Positions 1 through 6,217 of a stretch of 64,000 nucleotides of DNA are shown here, in pieces. Where the stretch lies: sequence record OQ427096.1; one strand, written 5' to 3'. Each line of letters opens with the position of its first letter. Position 1 is the first letter of the stretch. Both the position numbers and the translations under genes were made by a program. A model generated the notes under the pieces. The model was not told where the DNA came from. It ran no database searches and saw only the letters and a program-made list of their open reading frames with translations.

Positions 1-69
1 TAGTTCAATTGGCAGAACACCAGCCTCCAAAGCTGGGTGTTGAGGGTTCGAGTCCTTCACGGCGTGCCA
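1..69 (+). tRNA. tRNA-Trp(CCA), 5' end truncated by window edge
   Basis: Anticodon loop CT-CCA-AA, T-loop TTCGAGT, 3' GCCA. Confidence 0.9.
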
Positions 70-77
70 AGTTTTAT

Positions 78-153
78 GTCTGGGTAGCAAAACGGCAAAT
101 GCGCTGGCCTGCAAAGCCATGAGGTGCGAGTTCGATTCTCGCCTCAGACTCCA
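78..153 (+). tRNA. tRNA-Cys(GCA)
   Basis: Acceptor GTCTGGG/CTCAGAC, loop CT-GCA-AA, U73, CCA. Confidence 0.9.
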
Positions 154-163
154 AGTTTTATAT

Positions 164-241
164 CTGTGTGTAGCTCAGTCTGGTTAGAGTACTCGCTTTG
201 GAAGCGAGTGGTCGTTGGTTCGAATCCAACCACGCAGACCA
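164..241 (+). tRNA. tRNA-Pro(TGG)
   Basis: Full cloverleaf, CTCGC-TTTGGAA-GCGAG, CCA. Confidence 0.95.
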
Positions 242-249
242 AGTTTTAT

Positions 250-343
250 CCCGTTGTATCCCCAGACGCTACGAACGTCTACAAAGGTAACTGGAGTGGT
301 GTCAAAAGCACTGATGCAGGTTCGAATCCTGTCGACGGGTCCA
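250..343 (+). tRNA. Atypical D-armless tRNA-Arg(ACG)-like RNA with expanded variable region
   Basis: Acceptor CCCGTTG/CGACGGG+TCCA, anticodon arm AGACG-CTACGAA-CGTCT, T-arm GCAGG-TTCGAAT-CCTGT; no D-arm. Confidence 0.7.
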
Positions 344-348
344 AACAG

Positions 349-434
349 TTCTCGGACTTAAACCGAGTGGTGGAGGATAAACTGAGAAATCAGTGAATCC
401 CTTGACGAGATGGAGTCATTAACTCGATCGAGAA
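349..434 (+). ncRNA. Unidentified structured RNA
   Basis: Terminal TTCTCG/CGAGAA pairing; hairpins CTCGG/CCGAG, GGAT..CTGA-GAAA-TCAG..ATCC, TGAC/GTCA; lies between tRNAs. Confidence 0.45.
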
Positions 435-438
435 TTTT

Positions 439-513
439 GGGCTGCTCGTATAATGAGTATTACACCTGCCTTGCACGCAGGGAATCGGAGTTTGATTCTC
501 CGGCGGTCCACCA
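439..513 (+). tRNA. tRNA-Ala(TGC)
   Basis: G3.U70 pair, loop CT-TGC-AC, CCA. Confidence 0.93.
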
Positions 514-519
514 AAACTT

Positions 520-595
520 GGGGCCTTAGCTCAGATGGGAGAGCAGGTGCTTTGCAAGCATCAGGTCATCGGTTCGATCCCGATAGGCTCCACCA
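520..595 (+). tRNA. tRNA-Ala(TGC), second copy
   Basis: GGGGCCT/AGGCTCC, loop TT-TGC-AA, CCA. Confidence 0.95.
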
Positions 596-606
596 AGTTT
601 AGATAT

Positions 607-691
607 GCCCTGTTGGTGGAATTGGTAGACACGCATCCTTGAGGTGGATGTGCTGAAAGGCGTGAGGGTTCGAGTCCCTTGCAGGGTACCA
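607..691 (+). tRNA. tRNA-Leu(GAG)
   Basis: Loop TT-GAG-GT, long V arm, A73, CCA. Confidence 0.93.
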
Positions 692-705
692 AACAAGACT
701 GTTCA

Positions 706-838
706 ATCAGTCGAACGAGTTGGAAGGTCGGGTTCGAATCCCGAAGTGATGACGTCCGGATTAGGTCATCATTTGGTGTAGTGGGCAGCACGCCGATACA
801 TTAAAAGGTTGCGCAGAAGTGTGCTTCATTTAGACTGT
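706..838 (+). ncRNA. YrlA-like Y RNA (circularly permuted tRNA-like domain)
   Basis: GTCGAACG motif (710-717), T-arm TCGGG-TTCGAAT-CCCGA (728-744), loop-closed acceptor-like stem (745-753/765-773), D-arm GTGT-AGTGGGCA-GCAC (776-791), CAGTC/GACTG terminal helix. Confidence 0.7.
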
Positions 839-840
839 GA

Positions 841-1005
841 ACACAGTCAGGCAAGTCGATCAAAAGACGCGCCGACAAGCCCGAAGCGAGTTCTTCGGCT
901 AAGAAGGAAAGACATCGTTTCCTACTTGTAACGACAAGTCCTTAGAGGATGAAGTCTCCGTTAGTCGGACGCCTGAGAGTGGCGAAAAGGATTCTTCGGT
1001 ATTTC
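841..1005 (+). ncRNA. Unidentified multi-hairpin RNA
   Basis: Non-coding; hairpins AGGAAA/TTTCCT, ACTTGT/ACAAGT, GTC.CCG/CGGAC, GCC/GGC. Confidence 0.4.
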
Positions 1006-1079
1006 GGGTTGCAAGCATTAAGGTGATGCAGGAGGCTTTTAACCTTCAGAACAGGGATCGTTACCCTGGCGACCCACCA
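1006..1079 (+). tRNA. tRNA-Lys(TTT)
   Basis: Loop CT-TTT-AA, variant T-loop ATCGTTA, CCA. Confidence 0.88.
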
Positions 1080-1087
1080 AGTTTTAA

Positions 1088-1163
1088 GCCCCGTTGGCTC
1101 AATTGGCAGAGCAGCTGTTTTGTAATCAGCAGGTTGGGAGTTCGAGTCTCTCACGGGGCACCA
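1088..1163 (+). tRNA. tRNA-Thr(TGT)
   Basis: Cloverleaf, loop TT-TGT-AA, CCA. Confidence 0.93.
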
Positions 1164-1171
1164 AGTTTTAA

Positions 1172-1245
1172 GCGGGTATGGTATAGTGGTTGTGCCCTAG
1201 CCTTCCAAGCTAGAGAGACGAGTTCGATCCTCGTTACCCGCTCCA
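1172..1245 (+). tRNA. tRNA-Gly(TCC)
   Basis: GCGGGTA/TACCCGC, loop CT-TCC-AA, U73. Confidence 0.95.
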
Positions 1246-1256
1246 AGTTTTACGAT

Positions 1257-1334
1257 GCATCTGTCTGCTAATTGGAATAGGCAACGATCCTTTCAAGTTC
1301 GGGAATGCGGGTTCGAGTCCCGTCAGATGCTCCA
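1257..1334 (+). tRNA. tRNA-Glu(TTC), atypical (U73, T.T mismatch in anticodon stem)
   Basis: Loop CT-TTC-AA, GCATCTG/CAGATGC, CCA. Confidence 0.8.
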
Positions 1335-1340
1335 AGTTTT

Positions 1341-1415
1341 GCTCCACTCGTCTAGTGGCTAGGATGACACCCTTTCAAGGTGTAGAAGAGGGATCGAAAC
1401 CCTCGTGGAGTGCCA
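1341..1415 (+). tRNA. tRNA-Glu(TTC)
   Basis: ACACC-CTTTCAA-GGTGT, G73, CCA. Confidence 0.92.
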
Positions 1416-1421
1416 AATTAT

Positions 1422-1498
1422 GCGTCTGTAGCTCAACAGGATAGAGCATCCGGCTTCTACCCGGATGGCTGAGGGTTCGAGTCCTTCCAGGCGCGCCA
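1422..1498 (+). tRNA. tRNA-Arg(TCT)
   Basis: TCCGG-CTTCTAC-CCGGA, CCA. Confidence 0.95.
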
Positions 1499-1508
1499 AG
1501 TTTCAAAT

Positions 1509-1594
1509 GGATAGGTGGGCGAGTGGTTTATGCCAGCAGACTGTAAATCTGCCGCTTAATTGCATCGTTGGTTCGAATCCAACCCTATCCACCA
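1509..1594 (+). tRNA. tRNA-Tyr(GTA)
   Basis: GCAGA-CTGTAAA-TCTGC, long V arm, A73. Confidence 0.95.
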
Positions 1595-1601
1595 AGTTTA
1601 T

Positions 1602-1692
1602 GTGTCTGCTGTCGGGTTGGAGGACGGCACCGGGCTGTAACCCCGGATCCTCAAAAGGGACGTAGTAGGTTCGAATCCTACCAGGCACACCA
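1602..1692 (+). tRNA. tRNA-Tyr(GTA), divergent second copy
   Basis: CCGGG-CTGTAAC-CCCGG, long V arm, unusual D-arm, CCA. Confidence 0.85.
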
Positions 1693-1700
1693 AGTTATAT

Positions 1701-1776
1701 GGTTCCTTAGCTCAGTTGGTAGAGCAACGCTTTTACAAGGCGAAGGTCGTGGGTTCAAGTCCCTCAGGAACTACCA
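1701..1776 (+). tRNA. tRNA-Val(TAC)
   Basis: Loop TT-TAC-AA, cloverleaf, CCA. Confidence 0.9.
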
Positions 1777-1790
1777 AACGTTGAAACAGG

Positions 1791-1818
1791 TTGTGTAGAA
1801 AACAGCTTGGTATACAAT
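1791..1818 (+). promoter_or_regulatory. Putative sigma70-like promoter for the hammerhead/GOLLD unit
   Basis: TTGTGT-N16-TACAAT just upstream of the ribozyme. Confidence 0.4.
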
Positions 1819-1839
1819 AAGCAACATGAAGCAACGTCC

Positions 1840-1925
1840 AGACCACTGAAGAGTCGCCGGGACGATAAACAAAGGCACGAAACGTCGAGAGGCACAAAAC
1901 ATTAGCCTCGTGAGACGTCTGGTCT
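1840..1925 (+). ncRNA. Type I hammerhead ribozyme
   Basis: Stem I AGACCA/TGGTCT, core CTGAAGA (1846-1852), stem II GT(C)GCC/GGCAC, GAAA (1879-1882), stem III CGTC/GACG, GTC cleavage triplet (cut after 1919). Confidence 0.88.
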
Positions 1926-2760
1926 AGCAACTCAATTGTCGAAAGGCGATTGTTTAGGAATACGGTACAGTGATGTGCCTAATGGATTAAACGCCCACAA
2001 GCGGTCCGCCAGAGATGGTTCCTCTAGAACAAGTCGACATAGTGCAGCCGAAAGGTTGGCGTCTAGTATCCCTAGGCGATATGTGGAGGCTCAGTGAGAC
2101 ACGAGATTCAGGTCCAATGCCGAATGGTGAGGATTTGATCGTTTAGCGACGGTAGTGTTTCGGCTTAGCGGCAACTGACTCCAAGGACATTGAATCGGCA
2201 GGTACGTAGTTCAAGCCTTAGCGGGTAAGGGCGAGTATCAGGTCAGACGGACTAATGTTCGTACTGTATCACTCGGACGTAGGCTTAGCGGCTGAAACGA
2301 GAGGAGGTCGGGTAAGAAGCTGTCGCCCAAAAGGCTATGGACTTACGAACCTGCTCGACCTTAGTGGGCTTTCAACTTTGACGGTTAATCAAAACTACGA
2401 AAAACGCAAAGTCAGGTTCGGTCGTAAGTGAAAGTGGCTTAATCGTTGACACGAAAGTGAATCAACGCAATTTGAGGCTCGCAAGGCTGATGATTGTCTA
2501 TCAGGAAGTGCACCTAAGAGGAAGCCCCTCTGAATGGCTCGCAAGGTCAAGGGAAACGGGAAGGTAGAGTAGCTTACGATGACAGAGGAAACGCCACCTC
2601 TTTAAACTAGGCAGCCATGACGGTTAACAATGATGCATCGAAAGATGGTTGTTGTGGAAAAGTTGGGAAGGGCTCCGCAAGAGCTGATAATCCAAACGAA
2701 TGAATCGTCTCGTCAGACTGTATTCTCAGGTCGACACTTTGTTTCAAGGAGTTGTATTCC
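1920..2760 (+). ncRNA. Giant ornate RNA, GOLLD-like
   Basis: ~840 nt with no credible ORF inside a phage tRNA array; many GNRA-capped hairpins; end pairing CAACTC(1928-1933)/GAGTTG(2749-2754); motifs GAAACGAGAGGAG..CGGGTA, AACTACGAAAAA, CGCAAG, TGTATTCTCAG that I recall from GOLLD-type RNAs. Confidence 0.7.
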
Positions 2761-2800
2761 TCAAACGCTTCAATTGAAGTTTTTGCGAAATGCAATTTTT

Positions 2801-2878
2801 GGTCCCATAGTTTACGATTGGTTAGAACTCCCGCCTCTCAAGCGGAAGAATCGGGTTCGACTCCCGATGGGACTGCCA
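2801..2878 (+). tRNA. tRNA-Glu(CTC)
   Basis: Loop CT-CTC-AA, G73, CCA. Confidence 0.92.
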
Positions 2879-2886
2879 AGTTTTAT

Positions 2887-3090
2887 ACGCGTGTAGCTCA
2901 GTGGCGACGATAAGTTCAAAGACGGTAGGCATACTGTCACGCAGAGCGAGTCGAGGATTGGCGATACGACTGTGACGATACGAAGGTGGAGCTCGAGATC
3001 CTAGCTCCGACAATAACGGTACGGTCAACATTCGAGAGCGCCGGGTAGATAACCCGGAGGTCAGTGGTTCGATTCCATTTTCGCGTACCA
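2887..3090 (+). tRNA. tRNA-Ile(GAT)-like gene with ~130-nt structured insertion in the D-loop
   Basis: D-stem GCTC(2896-2899)/GAGC(3036-3039) separated by insert 2905-3034; CCGGG-TAGATAA-CCCGG; T-arm; ACCA. Confidence 0.75.
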
Positions 3091-3118
3091 TATAAGTAGA
3101 GTAGTACAAAAGTTTTAT

Positions 3119-3195
3119 CCGGGTTTAGCTCAGTCTGGCAGAGCACGCCGTTTGGGGCGGTGAGGTCGTAGGTTCGAACCCTGCAACCCGGACCA
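3119..3195 (+). tRNA. tRNA-Pro(TGG)
   Basis: CGCCG-TTTGGGG-CGGTG, CCA. Confidence 0.95.
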
Positions 3196-3209
3196 ATTAG
3201 AGAAGTGTT

Positions 3210-3449
3210 ATGGAAACTTTAGAAACGAAAGTGACACGTCTAGGCAATGGGCTTTATGGATGCAGGATCATCAGGTCAGCTGACAAGAAGCCAATTGTTG
3301 AATTAAGAGTTGAAAAGTCTCAGATTAGGAATGCTATGTTTGATATGCTCCGAACTCTAGACAAGCTGGGATATGATAGTCCTATGGCACATGCTTCGCG
3401 ACATCGCGGTAAGGCTTGTGTCACAGACTCGAAATATATCTGGCATTGA
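3210..3449 (+). CDS. hypothetical protein
   Basis: 79-aa ORF filling the gap between two tRNAs. Confidence 0.7.
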   Translation: METLETKVTRLGNGLYGCRIIRSADKKPIVELRVEKSQIRNAMFDMLRTLDKLGYDSPMAHASRHRGKACVTDSKYIWH

Positions 3450-3454
3450 TTTAT

Positions 3455-3540
3455 TCTGGACGCGCCTAATGGGGAGGCACCGGGCTGTTAACCCGGCGAT
3501 AGAAATATCCGACACGGTTCGATTCCGTGGTCCAGAGCCA
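3455..3540 (+). tRNA. tRNA-Asn(GTT) with long variable arm
   Basis: CCGGG-CTGTTAA-CCCGG, V-arm GATA-GAAA-TATC, G73, CCA. Confidence 0.8.
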
Positions 3541-3546
3541 AGATAT

Positions 3547-3622
3547 GGATTACAGGCCAACTGGTGTAGGCATGCAGCTGTTAACTGCAGATTGTTGAGT
3601 TCGATTCTCAAGTAGTCCTCCA
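3547..3622 (+). tRNA. tRNA-Asn(GTT), U73
   Basis: TGCAG-CTGTTAA-CTGCA, CCA. Confidence 0.85.
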
Positions 3623-3630
3623 AAACAAAC

Positions 3631-3705
3631 GGTCTATTAGTCTATGGGTTAAGATGCTGGCCTGTCACGCCGGCGTAACGAGTTCGAGCCTCGTATAGAC
3701 CGCCA
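3631..3705 (+). tRNA. tRNA-Asp(GTC)
   Basis: CTGGC-CTGTCAC-GCCGG, G73, CCA. Confidence 0.93.
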
Positions 3706-3712
3706 AACAAAT

Positions 3713-3792
3713 CGGGATAGGGACTGCTAGGTGTGGTCGCCGGACTGTCAATCCGGAGAGTCAGACGGATTCGAATTCCGTTATCCCGACCA
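3713..3792 (+). tRNA. tRNA-Asp(GTC), divergent second copy (A73)
   Basis: CCGGA-CTGTCAA-TCCGG, CGGGATA/TATCCCG, CCA. Confidence 0.82.
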
Positions 3793-3799
3793 AGTCAGT

Positions 3800-3872
3800 G
3801 GCGTCCTCTTCGGAGATAGTGAAGTGAGGTAAAGTACTCAATGCTCACGGAACGAATAATCAGACGCCTCCA
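3800..3872 (+). ncRNA. CCA-terminated non-tRNA hairpin RNA
   Basis: GGCGTC/GACGCC stem then TCCA; internal UUCG hairpin and GTGAG/CTCAC stem. Confidence 0.55.
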
Positions 3873-3885
3873 AAATTGAGAATGA

Positions 3886-3959
3886 TGCGCGGTCGTATAA
3901 CGGCAGTATACTGGGCTCATAACCCGGAGATGGAGGTTCGATTCCTCCCTGCGCTACCA
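3886..3959 (+). tRNA. initiator tRNA-fMet(CAT)
   Basis: 1:72 mismatch, three G-C pairs in anticodon stem, loop CT-CAT-AA. Confidence 0.9.
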
Positions 3960-3984
3960 AATGGTCAGGCTCATGACCTAACTC

Positions 3985-4042
3985 TGTGAGTATGATAAGC
4001 TTTCATGAGGCTGTCGGGACTTAACTGTTCAACTCACAACCA
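3985..4042 (+). ncRNA. CCA-terminated mini RNA
   Basis: 7-bp TGTGAGT/ACTCACA then ACCA; 58 nt. Confidence 0.5.
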
Positions 4043-4048
4043 ATCAAC

Positions 4049-4124
4049 GGGTCCGAAGCTCAAATGGCAGAGCAACTGGTTCTTACCCAGTAGGAAGTCG
4101 GTTCGATCCCGACCGGACCCACCA
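4049..4124 (+). tRNA. tRNA-Lys(CTT)
   Basis: ACTGG-TTCTTAC-CCAGT, CCA. Confidence 0.9.
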
Positions 4125-4130
4125 AACTAT

Positions 4131-4170
4131 GCGCTCGAGCAGCCGAAAGGAAGTAGCCGAGGGCGCACCA
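4131..4170 (+). ncRNA. CCA-terminated minihelix RNA
   Basis: GCGCTC/GGGCGC stem then ACCA, internal CC-GAAA-GG; 40 nt. Confidence 0.5.
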
Positions 4171-4176
4171 AACAAT

Positions 4177-4265
4177 GGACTCGTTCCCGTAGTTGGTCGA
4201 ACGGAGCGGACTCTTAATCCGACGGCGAAAGCCCATCGCAGGTTCGAATCCTGCCGGGTCCACCA
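4177..4265 (+). tRNA. tRNA with CTT (Lys) anticodon on a type II body
   Basis: CGGA-CTCTTAA-TCCG, V-arm GGC-GAAA-GCC, A73, CCA. Confidence 0.8.
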
Positions 4266-4278
4266 AAATGAGATAGAT

Positions 4279-4557
4279 ATGCCGAAGTACAATTTCAAGT
4301 GTAGCGAATGTGAGCACCGCGGTGATGTCTGGACCGGCGATACTGAAAAGGTCGACGTGGACTACAAAGACGTAGAGTGCCCTGGTTGTGGAAAAAAGAC
4401 CTACAACTATGCTCCTTGGGATTCAGGTGCTACATCTCAGTCATGGGGCCATGTGAAGCCTACAACGCTAGGAAGGCAGAAGGCTCCTCAGGATTTTAGA
4501 AACTTCCTGACACAGATTAAGAAGGCACATCCAGGTTCAACAATCCGCGATCATTGA
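4279..4557 (+). CDS. FmdB-like zinc-ribbon protein
   Basis: MPKYNFKCSECEH...CPGCG, two CxxC motifs. Confidence 0.75.
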   Translation: MPKYNFKCSECEHRGDVWTGDTEKVDVDYKDVECPGCGKKTYNYAPWDSGATSQSWGHVKPTTLGRQKAPQDFRNFLTQIKKAHPGSTIRDH

Positions 4558-4573
4558 TCAAAAAGGTGTTGCG

Positions 4574-4783
4574 ATGTACGTGTATCAAACTTATTATGAC
4601 TACACCGAAACATATTGTCATCCGAATCCTGAGCAATGGTCGGAAGAAAGGAAAGTTCTGTGTACTACTCTAGACGAGAGCTTGGCGCAAGAAGTTGCAG
4701 CCAAGCACAACGCTGAGAGCAAGGCACACAGGTGGTATAAAGAATATGCGAGAGTTGAGAAGTTTGAATTGACCTCGCGATAA
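4574..4783 (+). CDS. hypothetical protein
   Basis: ORF with AAGGTG ribosome-binding site. Confidence 0.7.
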   Translation: MYVYQTYYDYTETYCHPNPEQWSEERKVLCTTLDESLAQEVAAKHNAESKAHRWYKEYARVEKFELTSR

Positions 4784-4791
4784 AGAATCGC

Positions 4792-4865
4792 TGTTCAGTA
4801 GCTCAGTTGGTAGAGCGGCTGCCATTTAGGGCGGCAGGTCGTGGGTTCGAGACCCACTTGGACGT
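4792..4865 (+). pseudogene. tRNA-like gene with aberrant anticodon loop and no encoded CCA
   Basis: Canonical D-arm TAGCTCAGTTGGTAGAGC and T-arm; GCTGCC-ATTTAG-GGCGGC gives a 6-nt (or 8-nt) loop. Confidence 0.65.
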
Positions 4866-4944
4866 TAAGCGCTAGGGCGAATTTAAAGTACTCACATACT
4901 AGTCCGAGACAGTATCGCCCGGATCCTATAATTGTCAGCAGGTA

Positions 4945-5424
4945 ATGGTCATGCAGAAGAAAATTGACGTGAAAGCAGTCGAGGCGTTCATGCAGACGCA
5001 GAGCCCTGAGACAAAAGTTTATCTTGGAGCAGACTCCGAGAAGGTAAAAATCAATGGTAAGATGTACGCGGATTACACCGTCGTCATCGTTGTTCACATT
5101 GATGGTTGTAAGGGTTGTAAGGTATTCGCCGAGACAACTCGTGAGGAAGACTACGATAAGGACCCTTCAAAGCCGTTCACTCGGATGATGAAGGAAGCTG
5201 AAAAGGTAGCCGAGCTTCACGATCGTTTCAAGGACACCTTCTACGACTTCGAGGTTAGTATTCACCTCGACATCAACCCGAAGAAGACGGCAGGTTCAAG
5301 TATCGCAATGGAAGCGGCACGTGGTTACGTCAAGGCGATGACCATGGTTGATCCTCACTTGAAGCCTGTAGCATTTGCTGGTTCTTATGCTGCGGATCGC
5401 GCTAAAGAACTTGGTATGTGCTAA
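4945..5424 (+). CDS. RNase H-like YkuK (DUF458) family protein
   Basis: VYLGADS, IHLDIN..GSS, KP.AFAGSYAAD motifs. Confidence 0.8.
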   Translation: MVMQKKIDVKAVEAFMQTQSPETKVYLGADSEKVKINGKMYADYTVVIVVHIDGCKGCKVFAETTREEDYDKDPSKPFTRMMKEAEKVAELHDRFKDTFYDFEVSIHLDINPKKTAGSSIAMEAARGYVKAMTMVDPHLKPVAFAGSYAADRAKELGMC

Positions 5425-5431
5425 GAGATAT

Positions 5432-5517
5432 GCCCCTGTAGGCGAATTGGTATAGCTACTGGCCTTAGAAGCCAGCGCCGAAAGGCATTGACGGTTCGAG
5501 TCCGTCCAGGGGTACCA
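5432..5517 (+). tRNA. tRNA-Leu(TAG)
   Basis: CTGGC-CTTAGAA-GCCAG, long V arm. Confidence 0.95.
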
Positions 5518-5524
5518 AATATGT

Positions 5525-5600
5525 GTCGGAGTAGCTCAGTTGGTAGAGCGGTAGCTTGAAAAGTTACGCGTCGCAGGTTCGATTCCTGTCTCCGATACCA
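5525..5600 (+). tRNA. tRNA-Phe(GAA)
   Basis: GTAGC-TTGAAAA-GTTAC, CCA. Confidence 0.93.
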
Positions 5601-5663
5601 AAACACCGTCACTCAGGTCCCTCGGTGCAAAATAAGGGAATACTCAGGAGAGGAGATTGTAGT

Positions 5664-5849
5664 ATGAAGTTGCCTTCGCGTTTTCAAATCGGTGATAAGG
5701 TTCTCGCTGGTCGTCTTGATGGTGGGAGCAAAGGTGAAGTAATTGGTGTACACTTCAACCGATACAAAGTATCGTATGATGTGGTCGACGAGTTGACCCA
5801 ACGTACAAAGAAGCACCTCAGTGAACGGGTTCATCCTGTCACAGAGTAA
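5664..5849 (+). CDS. hypothetical protein (SH3/KOW-like pattern)
   Basis: AGGAG RBS; FQIGDKV..KGEVIGV. Confidence 0.65.
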   Translation: MKLPSRFQIGDKVLAGRLDGGSKGEVIGVHFNRYKVSYDVVDELTQRTKKHLSERVHPVTE

Positions 5850-5869
5850 ATACAGATATAAGACAATTT

Positions 5870-5944
5870 GCATCGTTAGCTGAGATGGATTAGCGCTTGC
5901 CTGAAGAGCTCGAGAGGTTGGTTCGATACCAACACGATGCACCA
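5870..5944 (+). tRNA. tRNA-Phe(GAA), weak anticodon stem
   Basis: Loop CT-GAA-GA, only ~2-3 stem pairs, acceptor GCATCGT/ACGATGC. Confidence 0.75.
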
Positions 5945-5959
5945 AACAAAGGAACGTGA

Positions 5960-6208
5960 ATGAGCTTTAAGCCGGTTAATACTTTCGTCATCGTAAAGCG
6001 TAGGGAAGAAGATACAACGAGTCAGGGAGGCATCATCATCTCTGGATCAGTTGATCATAACCTCTTCACTGTTGTGGCCAAGAATGATCTTGTGACATTC
6101 GTTGAGCCCGGTGATACGGTAGTAATCAACATTCGCGAAGCAGCTGAAATCGACGATGTACATTACGCAGTTGATGCAAAGCACATCTTCACCAAGGTTT
6201 CTAAGTAA
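5960..6208 (+). CDS. GroES-like co-chaperonin
   Basis: FKPVNTFVIVKRREEDTTSQGGIII..V.PGDTV, GroES mobile-loop pattern. Confidence 0.8.
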   Translation: MSFKPVNTFVIVKRREEDTTSQGGIIISGSVDHNLFTVVAKNDLVTFVEPGDTVVINIREAAEIDDVHYAVDAKHIFTKVSK

Positions 6209-6217
6209 GACAGTTTT

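Noticed and set aside
349-366. Ochre suppressor tRNA (TTA in a 7-nt loop)
   Set aside because: No acceptor with CCA, no T-arm, and the loop lacks U33
973-987. Second hammerhead (CTGAGAG..CGAAA)
   Set aside because: Core does not match CUGANGA and flanking stems I/III are not formed
706-1005. Two-piece (permuted) tmRNA
   Set aside because: No CCA after the acceptor 3' strand, no G3.U70 Ala identity, a true D-stem is present and there is no tag reading frame; a Y RNA fits better
2905-3034. Group I intron in tRNA
   Set aside because: Too short for a group I core, no P4-P7 consensus recognised, and not at the anticodon-loop site
5601-5660. preQ1 riboswitch suggested by the nearby queD theme
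   Set aside because: Loop and A-rich tail do not match the preQ1-I consensus and the site is not upstream of queD
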